Source: Candidatus Heimdallarchaeota archaeon
GTDB taxonomy: Archaea > Asgardarchaeota > Heimdallarchaeia > Hodarchaeales > Hodarchaeaceae
Assembly: GCA_020348965.1 (NCBI GenBank)
Contig: CP070760.1
Coordinates: 1,714,187-1,759,047 of the forward strand
Length of the DNA: 44,861 nucleotides
Direction: 5' to 3'
Part shown: positions 28,328 to 38,095 of the stretch, one piece after another
How the letters are laid out: every line of letters begins with the position of its first letter
Position numbering within the stretch: the first letter of the stretch is position 1
Translations under genes and position numbers: made by a program
Notes under the pieces: model-generated
The model's input: only the letters and a program-made list of their open reading frames with translations
Databases searched by the model: none
Told to the model about the DNA's origin: nothing

Positions 28328-29389
28328 TTATACGAAAATGATGATAATCGCAAGAAAAATAGGTAGGATGACGGAGACGATCGGCCCATACTTCGTCAGT
28401 CGAGCTAACCACTTCATTCTTCCCGAGGAAGCCGCTCTATTCTCAGCATATTCTGCCTGTAAATAACCTTCATCGATATAATAGCTGAGCAGGGTTCTTT
28501 TTGTTTTTTCAATATTCTTGGTCAATTCTTTTTCTGTTTGGATTTCAAAGAGAATTGATCGAGCACGACGAACGACGAGAAAAAAGGAAATCGAGCCTGC
28601 TACTAATAGCAGGAATGGAATTATGAAGTCTTGGATAAGGGTAAATTTCGATTGGAAATGACTACCCATCAACTCTATCATTGAAGCAGTTCCACCCTCT
28701 GAATTCTCTATCGCCTCAAAGACTTCAATGTCTGTGATTCCTAACATGGTGAAGAACCAGAGCGTTGAACCATAGAAGAAAACTGGACTATATGTGCCAA
28801 AGAAATTTGATGCGATGTTCACCACATCAACTATCCAGCTCAAAGGTTCTAAGAATTGTAAAATCGTGTTTATAATGGCATAGATCATATCAGACAGACC
28901 TAATGGCAATAAGTCGATAGAAAATGGGATTACAACCAGAAAGATCCATGGCAGAGATATTGGGGCCGTTAACACGATTGATAATCCTACACTTTGCAGA
29001 ATGGTTCGAGAACAGAAGTACACAAATCTTGAACGAAAAGATTTTTCTTGAATTTGAATTATTTTCAGATTATTAGACTCTTGATTTGCATTACTGTCAG
29101 TACTAATTAGTGAATCTGATGAAGTTACTAAATGCCAGTCTAATGCTCTCTGATAGGTACCTAAAGGAAAATAAAGCTTAAAGATCACTAATACACGCCT
29201 CCACCCTCGTGCGGGTTTTGGAGGTTCTGATTCGGCAATATCTTGTTCATCTACACTCGTTTCTTCAGATTCTTGTGATTTTTTTAGTTTCTGGAATAGT
29301 TGCTTTAGGCGTGACACAATTAAGATCATTATTGCATTGTTTTTAGAATCTTGTTTATCGGAAATAACAACAATTACTGATAACCACAT
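28328..29389 (-). CDS. Hypothetical multi-pass membrane protein
   Basis: Charged N-terminal region, several TM helices, a short coiled segment and a C-terminal TM. Alternative ATG at 29329. Confidence 0.5.
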   Translation of the reverse strand: MWLSVIVVISDKQDSKNNAIMILIVSRLKQLFQKLKKSQESEETSVDEQDIAESEPPKPARGWRRVLVIFKLYFPLGTYQRALDWHLVTSSDSLISTDSNANQESNNLKIIQIQEKSFRSRFVYFCSRTILQSVGLSIVLTAPISLPWIFLVVIPFSIDLLPLGLSDMIYAIINTILQFLEPLSWIVDVVNIASNFFGTYSPVFFYGSTLWFFTMLGITDIEVFEAIENSEGGTASMIELMGSHFQSKFTLIQDFIIPFLLLVAGSISFFLVVRRARSILFEIQTEKELTKNIEKTKRTLLSYYIDEGYLQAEYAENRAASSGRMKWLARLTKYGPIVSVILPIFLAIIIIFV

Positions 29390-29489
29390 TAATCTGTTCT
29401 GTAGTTGTAATTGTGGAGAATGAGATCAAAAGAGACAACTGACTACAAAAAATTGGGGGAGGGAGAAAAATCCCAATAAAAACAATTTT

Positions 29490-30197
29490 TTATACGGAGG
29501 GAGAAGGAACTGTTCCAGGTTCGATTGAACGGAGTTTTTCTGGAATACTGGTAAAAGCTAACGCAGTCACAAGTAATCCAATGTTGATAACAAGGCCACT
29601 AACCGAAGCAAGTTCCATTGGTAACACAAAAGGATCATTTGAGCTTAAAACAGCCGAGATCACTCCGCTAATACCAATTGCTACTCCAGCCATAAGGAAA
29701 GCTATTTTAGTTCGTAATTCAGGACTGTCTGCGGACTCAAGATAGACCTGACCGAAAACATATCCAGTGAGAATTAATGCAAATGATACGATTAGTGCTC
29801 CCGTGAACACACTGCGACTTAATTGGAAATCGTCTATAAAATAGAGCACCCCATAACTTACTGTAATAAACAGGAATATAATGAATACAACGATTGAAAG
29901 CGGGCTTTTATAAGCTAATCTGCCATCTAGGATAAGCTTCCCAGCAAGGAACATCCCTAACGGCGCCCAAATCATAATCACGTTTCCAATGAATCCGACT
30001 ACCTCAAACTGAAATCCTGAATAAGCTAATGCGCAGAAAAAAGAGGAAATTGCAAATAATACTGTAGAAAACCCGAAAGTGAGATTTATGGTATTCCTAC
30101 TGTGTCTAAGAACAAGCCAGGTCAATATAGAGAATGAAACTCCAAGAGTAGCAAAAAATGCTCCCATTAAGAGATCAACTTCAGGAATTGTCAACAC
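29490..30197 (-). CDS. Hypothetical 7-TM membrane protein
   Basis: Seven evenly spaced hydrophobic helices with no soluble domain. GTG start. Confidence 0.5.
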   Translation of the reverse strand: MLTIPEVDLLMGAFFATLGVSFSILTWLVLRHSRNTINLTFGFSTVLFAISSFFCALAYSGFQFEVVGFIGNVIMIWAPLGMFLAGKLILDGRLAYKSPLSIVVFIIFLFITVSYGVLYFIDDFQLSRSVFTGALIVSFALILTGYVFGQVYLESADSPELRTKIAFLMAGVAIGISGVISAVLSSNDPFVLPMELASVSGLVINIGLLVTALAFTSIPEKLRSIEPGTVPSPSV

Positions 30198-30296
30198 ATC
30201 CTGTAAAATGAATTAATTAACAATAGTTTAGAGTTATTTTAAAACCTTATTATCTGATTATCGGATTAAATAAATTCAATCAATACAATCATTGAA

Positions 30297-33200
30297 TTGC
30301 TAGGAGAGGAATCGGCTATAAGACAACACAAACAAGTGTTCTTTACCTTGTTAGTTGTCAGCCTTCTGGTCAGCGTTGGAGGATCGATGTTCAAACAAGC
30401 AGCTGATAAAAGACGGGAGAGGACAGGACACCCTGAACTAGATCCAGTTCACAGGTCAATTGCTCAAGGATATGCACAAAATGCCTCTATTTCCATTACT
30501 AGTGATGATGAGCTGGCCGTTATGGCAACCAGCGGCACAGGTACAGCTAATGACCCCTATATTATTACTGGTCTTTGGGAACCGATTGTAATCAACGGAA
30601 CAACGAAGCATTTTCGATTAGAGAATTGTCTTATTATAGGAGGCATCTCTGTGGAGAATGTTGCCCCAGGTACCGCCACGATAACTAACAACACCTGTGT
30701 CAACAATGATGGAGAAGGTATCCTTCTTTTCAATTCTAGTTATTCGACAGTAACCAACAATACCTGTAAGTCTAATGAGGAGAATGGTATCACACTTTGG
30801 TCTGCGAGTTTCTCGATTGTAACTAACAACACTTGCCAAAACAATTCGAAAAACGGCATTTATATGTTCAATACGACTAATATCCAATTGACAGATAATA
30901 CCATTACTGATAACAGTGGGGATGGAGTGGTCCTTGAGAACTCTGGGGACAGCACTCTAAGTCATAATGTTGTCACCAACAACTACGAGGGAATCTTCCT
31001 TGATAACTCTGGAGGAAGTACACTCACGAACAATTCTGTTGCCCACAACAATTGGGAAGGAATCTCCCTTGAATACTCTAGTAATAGCGTTCTATCAGGC
31101 AATATTGTCACCTTCAACGAGAATTGGGAAGGAATTTCTCTTTATCGATCTGACAATTGTAATCTATCAGAAAATATCGTCACTCACAACGGGGAAAGTG
31201 GAATTTCTCTTGAAGTCTCAGAAAACTGTATAATAACTAACAACACCGTCACCAACTCCATCAACATTGGAATTGAGATATTCCACGGGTATGGAATTAA
31301 ACTTGATAGCTCTCCTTATAGTATTCTGTCAGGGAATATTGTCATTAATAACCAGGGAATTGGAATTATTTCCTTTGGTTCTTTTGACTGTATCCTATCA
31401 GCTAATATTGTCACCCACAACGGTGGGGATGGGATTTACCTCTCCTCTCAGAGGAGAGGTAATAACATTCTGTCAAAGAATATTGTCACTGACAACATGA
31501 TGAGTGGAATTTTCCTTCACGACTCTATAAATAGCATTCTTTCAGAGAATACCGTCACCAACAACGGAAAAAATGGAATTTATCTTGGAAACAGGGAACA
31601 TTGGGGAAGCTCTCCTTTGAATGAAGGCTGTGAGGGCGTTAATCTAAATTACAATATCGTTATCAACAACGATGGGGGGGGAATTTCCCTTGAACACTCT
31701 AATTATTGCAATTTGAGAGGGAATATTATCACCAATAACGGGGGAACAGGAATTACATTTGATTCTTCTGAAGATAACACTCTAACTAACAACACTGTTA
31801 CTAATAACGCTGGGAGGGGAATTTCTCTTGTGGTCTCTGGAAACAATGCTTTCATGGACAATATATTGGTAAATAACGGGTTGTTTATCAGTGGTGATCA
31901 ACTTACTCATTATGTACAAGCAAACGTGATTAATAACTCTGTAAACGGCAAATCATTAGTCTTTTGGCAGAATATTGCTGGTGAGATCGTTCCACCCGAT
32001 GTGGGACAGGTTATTCTAGTTAATTGTAGCTCAATTGAAGTTGCTGGGCAAATCTTTCTTGGTCTGCAAGGCGCTTACAGCTCTAATTTATTCATTTACA
32101 ATAACACTATTATTAATGGTAGTAATGGCATTGATCTCTTTTCAACTAGTAACAGTAGTGTTTTTGCCAATACTATAACCAATAGTCATATAGGAATTTT
32201 CCTTTATAGCTCTGGGGAGAACACTCTTTCTACCAATGTTGTCACTGATAATGCATGGGGAATTTTCCTTGACAACTCTGACAATAGCAGTTTGTCAGAA
32301 AATATCATTACTAATAACGAGGAGGTTGGAATTGCCCTTGAATTCTCTGGGAACGCCACTCTAACTAAGAATATTATCACCAATAACACTTGGGGAATTT
32401 CCTGTTATTATTCTGATAATAATATTTTATCAGGGAACATTATCACCAATAATACTCTGAATGGAATTTCCATGCAGTTTTCAAATGATATTAAGTTAGT
32501 TAGCAATAACCTCACCGATAACGGGAGAAATGGGATTTATATTTCCGATACTGAGAATTGCACTCTAACTAAAAATGTACTCATCCACAATGGTGATAAT
32601 GGAATTGTCCTTCAGGATTCTGATAATAATATTGTGTCAGGTAATGCTTTCGTTAATAACAGTCAGTATGGAATTTATATTGGCTTAGAGGCAAGTAACA
32701 CTAGAATAGAATTCAATAGTTTCTATCGACGTCATACTAACGGATCTCATGCTTATGATTCAGGTTTGAGTAATCTTTTCCAATACAACTACTGGGATGA
32801 GTGGGTCCTTCCTGATAATAACACTGATGGCTTTGTGGACACCCCATATCCTATAGAGGGGAAAGCCAATAACCAGGATTTGTATCCTCGTGTAGTAGAC
32901 CTAGTAATTATGTTTCCTAATGAACAACTTGTATTATCTGGTGTTGTTACCATTGAATGGACGACGTATCACATGTTTGAAAAATCATTGACATATTCAG
33001 TCTATTATTCTCCTGATGGGGGAGTCACTTGGTACTTACTAGAGGTTGGGTTAATCAGCTCTTCTTATGACTGGGATACCACTCTAGTCGCTAATGGCGC
33101 CAAATATCTTGTTAAAGTGGTGGCAACTACATCCGATGGGTCTTGGCAAGTAGCTACAGTTTCTTCACAGTTTAGTATAAACAACATTAGCCTGACATCC

Positions 33201-33350
33201 ACCTATTCTCCTTCCACTACGATGGTTACTACTACTCCCTACCCATCTTCACGAGATAGCGATTTAATGGTGGTTTTCCAAATAATTGGTCTTCTGTCGA
33301 TTCTAGCGTTTGTCGGGGTTCTTGTTGTGACTTTTAAACGAAGAGGATGA
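30297..33350 (+). CDS. Large surface protein: signal anchor, two blocks of parallel beta-helix (PbH1/NosD-like) repeats, Ig/FN3-like domain, S/T-rich stalk, C-terminal TM + RRG
   Basis: About 27 repeats of 22-24 aa (N.I..N...GI.L..S.N..L). C-terminal ...SRDSDLMVVFQIIGLLSILAFVGVLVVTFKRRG. TTG start. Confidence 0.8.
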   Translation: MLGEESAIRQHKQVFFTLLVVSLLVSVGGSMFKQAADKRRERTGHPELDPVHRSIAQGYAQNASISITSDDELAVMATSGTGTANDPYIITGLWEPIVINGTTKHFRLENCLIIGGISVENVAPGTATITNNTCVNNDGEGILLFNSSYSTVTNNTCKSNEENGITLWSASFSIVTNNTCQNNSKNGIYMFNTTNIQLTDNTITDNSGDGVVLENSGDSTLSHNVVTNNYEGIFLDNSGGSTLTNNSVAHNNWEGISLEYSSNSVLSGNIVTFNENWEGISLYRSDNCNLSENIVTHNGESGISLEVSENCIITNNTVTNSINIGIEIFHGYGIKLDSSPYSILSGNIVINNQGIGIISFGSFDCILSANIVTHNGGDGIYLSSQRRGNNILSKNIVTDNMMSGIFLHDSINSILSENTVTNNGKNGIYLGNREHWGSSPLNEGCEGVNLNYNIVINNDGGGISLEHSNYCNLRGNIITNNGGTGITFDSSEDNTLTNNTVTNNAGRGISLVVSGNNAFMDNILVNNGLFISGDQLTHYVQANVINNSVNGKSLVFWQNIAGEIVPPDVGQVILVNCSSIEVAGQIFLGLQGAYSSNLFIYNNTIINGSNGIDLFSTSNSSVFANTITNSHIGIFLYSSGENTLSTNVVTDNAWGIFLDNSDNSSLSENIITNNEEVGIALEFSGNATLTKNIITNNTWGISCYYSDNNILSGNIITNNTLNGISMQFSNDIKLVSNNLTDNGRNGIYISDTENCTLTKNVLIHNGDNGIVLQDSDNNIVSGNAFVNNSQYGIYIGLEASNTRIEFNSFYRRHTNGSHAYDSGLSNLFQYNYWDEWVLPDNNTDGFVDTPYPIEGKANNQDLYPRVVDLVIMFPNEQLVLSGVVTIEWTTYHMFEKSLTYSVYYSPDGGVTWYLLEVGLISSSYDWDTTLVANGAKYLVKVVATTSDGSWQVATVSSQFSINNISLTSTYSPSTTMVTTTPYPSSRDSDLMVVFQIIGLLSILAFVGVLVVTFKRRG
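30615..31850 (+). repeat. In-frame tandem coding repeats (about 66-72 nt period), beta-helix block 1
   Basis: About 17-18 consecutive units with xxGIxL cores (GEGILL, ENGITL, KNGIYM ... GRGISL). Confidence 0.7.
32090..32720 (+). repeat. In-frame tandem coding repeats, beta-helix block 2 (absent from the downstream paralog)
   Basis: About 9 units (SNGIDL, HIGIFL, AWGIFL, EVGIAL, TWGISC, LNGISM, RNGIYI, DNGIVL, QYGIYI). Confidence 0.65.
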
Positions 33351-33462
33351 TAATTCTATAGATTCTCTGAAATAAAGTTCTTGTAGATCTGAGGTGGAAG
33401 AGTCCATTACTACTCTGCTTGGATTAGAATTTGAATTTTATTCTTTGACTAAAGGTGAAATA

Positions 33463-35982
33463 ATGAACAAACTACTTATGTTCCATATTGTCAAACGGTT
33501 TATAAACGAAGCAAGAGTTAGATTTTTGGGGTTTATTGGAACGTTTCATTGTGTGTTAGACTTGAGGTCAACAAAATTCTCTATGATAATAATCCCTTTA
33601 TTAGTTGTAACTGTGGCTTTTCATCGAGTACCGATAGAGTATAACCAACCACAGAGTGAACCCCAAGAAGTGATAGTGAATACTTCAAAACTAGAAACAG
33701 AGGTTCCTTTGTTTAGCGAAATTTCCCAAAGGTTCTATACACAATATGAAGCTCACGATCCTATATATATCGATGGAAATAGCGATTTTAGCTTAACAGC
33801 AGAAGTAGAAAGCTGGCCTGGGGATGGGAGTGAGACTAATCCCTATACCATTGCTGAACTGCATATTTCTGACCCTACTGATAATTTGATTGAGATTAAA
33901 AATACTGATGTGCATTTTCGAATCAGTAGCTGTCAGCTAATAGGTGGATACATTGGTATCTGGCTATTCAATGTGACAAATGGCAATCTAACCTATAATA
34001 CCATCGCCGACAACAGATGGCATGGAATTTATCTTAAACTCTCTGAGAACAGTACTTTAAGTAATAATATTGTCAACAACAACAGTGGGGGGGGAATTTC
34101 CCTTGAATACTCTAGGTACAGCTCTCTAACTACCAATACTGTCAACAACAACAGGGAAGATGGAATTTCCCTTGAATATTCTGGGTACAGCACTTTAACT
34201 AACAATACTGTCACTAACAACAGCTTATGGGGAACGTATCTATATTACTCAAGTAATAGTCTTCTGGCAGATAATAATGTAACTAATAACGGAGAAGCTG
34301 GATTTTATATTTATTACTCTGCAGACTGCACTCTAACTAATAATATTGTAACTAACAATAGCTTGTCAGGAATTTATCTTTGGAGTTCTAGGGATAATAA
34401 TCTAGTTAATAATACTATCACCAACAACAGTGGGGATGGAATTTCTCTCACATCCTCTGGAAACACCACTTTGACTAATAATATTGTCACCAACAGTAGT
34501 GAGAATGGAATTTCCCTTTCGACCTCTGAAAATACCATTCTAACTACTAATACTATCATCAACAACAGTAGGGATGGAATAACCCTTGAAGACTCAGGGA
34601 ACAGCATTCTAACTAATAATACTGTCACCAACAACAGTCGGAATGGAATTTGCCTTTGGACTGCTGGGAATGGTACTCTAACTAATAATACTGTCACCAA
34701 CAACAGTGTGGATGGAATTTCCCTTTGGACCTCTGTGAATGGTACTTTAACTACTAATACTGTCACCAACAACAGCGGGAATGGAATTTCCCTTTGGACC
34801 TCTGGGAACAGCACCCTAACTAGTAATACTGTCACCAACAACAGCGGTGAAGGAATTTCCCTTTGGTTGTGGTCTGGGAACAGCACTCTAACTAGTAATG
34901 TTGTCACCAACAACAGGGGGAATGGAATTTCCCTTTGGTTCTCTGGGAACAATGCCTTTCTGGACAATATTTTAGTAAATAACGGATTTTATGTCAGTGG
35001 TGTTCAACTTAAACACTACTTACAGGCTGTCGTGACCAATAATTCCGTAAACAACAAACCATTAGTCTATTGGCAGAATATCACTGGCGGAACCGTTCCG
35101 AGCGGTGTTGGACAAGTTGTTCTGGTTAACAGTAGCTTTGTAGAAGTTACTGGTCAAATCATAATGGGTCTACAAGGAGTCTACTGCTCTAATTTGTTCA
35201 TTCATAATAACACCATTATTAACGGCATTAATGGAATTCACCTTTTTTGGACTAATAACAGCATTGTGTCAGGTAATAACATCATAAATACCAGTCATTA
35301 TGGGATTTATATTGATCAAGAGACAATAGATAACAGGGTGGAATTCAATAACTTCTATGGGAACCATGTTGACGGGTCTCAAGCTTATGATTCTGGCCTG
35401 AGTAATCTTTTCCAATACAACTACTGGGATGACTGGGTGACTCCCGATAATAACACCGATGGCTATGTAGACATCCCCTATTCGATTGCGGGTGAGGCCA
35501 ATAACCAAGATTTATTTCCTCGCATAATGGATTTAGTAATTCTTTTTCCCAATGAACAGCTGGTTCTATCTGGTTTTGTCACCATTGAATGGACTACAGG
35601 TCATCACCTCTTTGGAGAACCAGTGACGTATTCCGTCTATTATTCCCCTGATGGGGGTACAACATGGTATCATCTAGAATCTGACTTAATCCGCCCTTCC
35701 TATGTCTGGGATACCACTTTGGTCGCCAATGGAGCCAATTATCTTCTCAAAGTGGTGGCAACAACAACTGGTGGGACCTGGCAAGCAGTAACCTTTTCTT
35801 CGCAGTTTAGTATAAACAACATTAGTCCAACATTAACCTCTTCTTCCTCGACGATTACTCCTACAAATCACTCCCAAACCTCACGAGATAGCGATATATT
35901 AGCTATCCTTCAAATATTTGGCCTCCTGTCAATTTTAGCGTTCTCTGGAATACTTTTTGTGACTATTAGACGAAGAGGGTGA
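33463..35982 (+). CDS. Large surface protein, tandem paralog of 30297-33350 (beta-helix repeats, Ig/FN3-like domain, S/T stalk, C-terminal TM + RRRG)
   Basis: AGGTGA lies 5 nt upstream of the ATG at 33463; the track uses GTG at 33394. 14 repeats of 23 aa. The C-terminal third is collinear with the upstream gene, at about 80% nt identity by eye over the stretch I aligned (e.g. 32771 vs 35401). Confidence 0.8.
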   Translation: MNKLLMFHIVKRFINEARVRFLGFIGTFHCVLDLRSTKFSMIIIPLLVVTVAFHRVPIEYNQPQSEPQEVIVNTSKLETEVPLFSEISQRFYTQYEAHDPIYIDGNSDFSLTAEVESWPGDGSETNPYTIAELHISDPTDNLIEIKNTDVHFRISSCQLIGGYIGIWLFNVTNGNLTYNTIADNRWHGIYLKLSENSTLSNNIVNNNSGGGISLEYSRYSSLTTNTVNNNREDGISLEYSGYSTLTNNTVTNNSLWGTYLYYSSNSLLADNNVTNNGEAGFYIYYSADCTLTNNIVTNNSLSGIYLWSSRDNNLVNNTITNNSGDGISLTSSGNTTLTNNIVTNSSENGISLSTSENTILTTNTIINNSRDGITLEDSGNSILTNNTVTNNSRNGICLWTAGNGTLTNNTVTNNSVDGISLWTSVNGTLTTNTVTNNSGNGISLWTSGNSTLTSNTVTNNSGEGISLWLWSGNSTLTSNVVTNNRGNGISLWFSGNNAFLDNILVNNGFYVSGVQLKHYLQAVVTNNSVNNKPLVYWQNITGGTVPSGVGQVVLVNSSFVEVTGQIIMGLQGVYCSNLFIHNNTIINGINGIHLFWTNNSIVSGNNIINTSHYGIYIDQETIDNRVEFNNFYGNHVDGSQAYDSGLSNLFQYNYWDDWVTPDNNTDGYVDIPYSIAGEANNQDLFPRIMDLVILFPNEQLVLSGFVTIEWTTGHHLFGEPVTYSVYYSPDGGTTWYHLESDLIRPSYVWDTTLVANGANYLLKVVATTTGGTWQAVTFSSQFSINNISPTLTSSSSTITPTNHSQTSRDSDILAILQIFGLLSILAFSGILFVTIRRRG
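33987..34950 (+). repeat. 14 tandem in-frame 69-nt repeats (23-aa unit TNNTVTNNSxxGISLWTSGNxTL)
   Basis: Units from 34610 to 34940 are near-identical at the DNA level (actaataatactgtcaccaacaacag..ggaatggaatttccctttggacctctgggaa...). Confidence 0.85.
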
Positions 35983-36024
35983 CAAATATAGTGGAAACTT
36001 TCAGTTTAAAGCCACGATTTCCTG

Positions 36025-37430
36025 TCAATGGGTTTCTAATGAACTTATTCTATATTTTGCCATGTCAATGATTTTATTAGTTTTCCTTGCTTTTTCAGCA
36101 GCAAAGGCCATCAAATAACTTTCTAATGAAGCTTTTGCGCTTGTTAAGGGTTCTTCAGTACCTATTTTCAAAGACTTGATAAAAGACTTAATTAAGCCAG
36201 GGTCTCCACCCCCATGGCCACTTGCTTTATCCAGTTGCATTTTCTGATCAATAATGTTCACTGCTGTTTCTTCTAGATGATTGTATAGAGTTAATTTTTC
36301 TCCTGTTGATAGAAATTCTCCAATTAAGGTACCTTTTGTACCATCAATTCGGATCGTACGTCCTTCAGTGTGGGAAAACCCATGCATAGTGAATGTTGCC
36401 GTCGTCCTGTTCTCAAATTCAATAATTATTACCTGGTGATCCACGACATCGTTATCCGCATAGTAAACACAACGACCATACGGATTTGAAGGATCCCGTA
36501 GTGCTTCCCATTTTCCCTCTAGAGACAAATCTTCCGTAATCGTTGAGACAGGCCAATCCTTATACTCATAAACTCGGCGAAAAAGCGGTAATTTCTTGAG
36601 TTTTGAAAATAAGCGTGGATAATTGAGAGCCACATTACTAACAAATTTTACTGATCCAGATCCTCCAACTTGTGCAATTCTAAGTAGAGGGATTATATCT
36701 ATGTAAATCCGCGGAGCATAATACTCACAAGAATTTGCAGCTTTACATCCATCTAAACATCGTTTAGTAGCGCCTATAGGTGCGTTATCTGCCTTGAAAT
36801 GCGAAAGACTTCCGAAAGAGCTAATATTTTGAGGAGAACTTCCTACTAGCCAGTAAAGAATGTCTAAATCATGACACGACTTTGCTAGAATCATAGGACT
36901 CGATGATTTTTCATTTGCCCAATTTCCCCTTACGAAGGAATGAGCCATATGCCAATAGGAAACATTTTCTCTATGATCAATCGTCATTATTTCCCCTATT
37001 TTCCCTGATTGAACAATCTCCCAAATAGTTCTAAAAAATTGAGTATAACGTAAGACGTGAGCAATTCGAAGTTGTTTCTTCGTTTCTTCAGCTTTGTTTA
37101 CCAATAGCTGACATTCAGCAAGGTTAGTAGCCATTGGTTTCTCTAGCAATACATGGTAACCGCTATTCAATGCTTGTAGAGCTGGTTCAGTATGCATCTG
37201 ATCCTGTGTACAGATGAATGCAACGTCAGCGATCTTTGTCTGTAATAAATCCTCCCATGTAGAATATTGATCTGAGAGAGGGATAGAGTGAGCTTTCGCA
37301 AATTTTTTCCTTCTAATGTCGTTTGGTTCCGCCACACCTACTATTTTTAATTCTTGAGGATGGTCAAGTGCGTATTGTCCATATACATCTCTCCCACGAT
37401 TACCAGCACCAATTACTACAGCAGTTACAT
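36025..37430 (-). CDS. Gfo/Idh/MocA-family NAD(P)-dependent oxidoreductase; start codon anomalous
   Basis: EKPMA motif and a C-terminal alpha/beta domain lie in ORF 36025-37335. The Rossmann motif VVIGAGNRG is encoded in-frame upstream (37336-37452), where no canonical start exists. The ATG at 37430-37428 is one base out of frame. Confidence 0.75.
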
Positions 37431-37474
37431 ATTTTCTTTGGGAGTTAATTATCTATCATCTCTGCATCTTTATT

Positions 37475-37915
37475 CTAAGGAGTTGGATTAATGATGACCT
37501 CATATTTTATAGTGGGCTTGATACTCTTTCCGATTACGCAATACTTGGGGATTAATTCACAAGCCCTTTCCAATAGGAACTTTTCCCCATAAATGTTTAT
37601 ATCACAGTTAATTGTTGCAGCAGTGAAATCATTACTTTTCTTGTCAAATTCAAATGTTGCCGAAGTTGTAACAGAGAGACTTTCAGGCTTTGTATGTAGC
37701 CTATCACAGATATGAAGGATGGTTGTTAAAGTACAAGTGGCTACAGAAGCCAAAAATAAATCTTCAGGGGAAGGAAGAGACGTGCCTCCAAAAATTGGTG
37801 GACAACTGAATTTAATGGGTTCTTTCCACTCAGTTGTAACAAATCTTCCCTTTTTATCTTCCTCCCATATAGCTGTGGTTTTAACATTGAAACTTTCAGC
37901 TTTAAAGCCAATCAT
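37475..37915 (-). CDS. OsmC/Ohr-family protein (peroxiredoxin-like)
   Basis: 146 aa. SPEDLFLASVATCTLTT and a second conserved Cys in KYCVIGKS. Confidence 0.7.
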   Translation of the reverse strand: MIGFKAESFNVKTTAIWEEDKKGRFVTTEWKEPIKFSCPPIFGGTSLPSPEDLFLASVATCTLTTILHICDRLHTKPESLSVTTSATFEFDKKSNDFTAATINCDINIYGEKFLLERACELIPKYCVIGKSIKPTIKYEVIINPTP

Positions 37916-38095
37916 TGTCCATTATCCCTTTGTAATCTTAGTAATTGACCTTCTAGCTCTAAAATCACTTTGCTTTGATTTGAAATGCAGATATTAAGAA
38001 CTTTTTCTGTGATTTGAATTCGTAAGTAATTTAATTGAATTAAATCCTAAATTTTAAAAAAATGAAGATAAAACCTTGAAAGAGAAGGAGTACTA

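Noticed and set aside
33987-34950. Regular direct repeats that might look like a CRISPR array
   Set aside because: The period is 69 nt with no unique spacers. The repeats are contiguous, in frame and translate into a 23-aa protein repeat. No cas genes or leader are present.
34374-34967. 197-aa antisense ORF with a perfectly periodic product (REIPSPLLLVTVLLVRVLFPE...)
   Set aside because: It is an artefact of reading the 69-nt coding repeats of the beta-helix gene on the opposite strand. The sense frame has recognisable PbH1 repeats and continues through a full-length protein. The same applies to 34029-34220, 30618-30887, 30967-31233, 31267-31500 and 32204-32389.
37974-38018. Direct repeat TGATTTGAA (37974 and 38010) in the OsmC/methyltransferase intergenic region
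   Set aside because: A 9-mer repeat is expected by chance in AT-rich DNA of this length, and there is no additional symmetry or conservation evidence.
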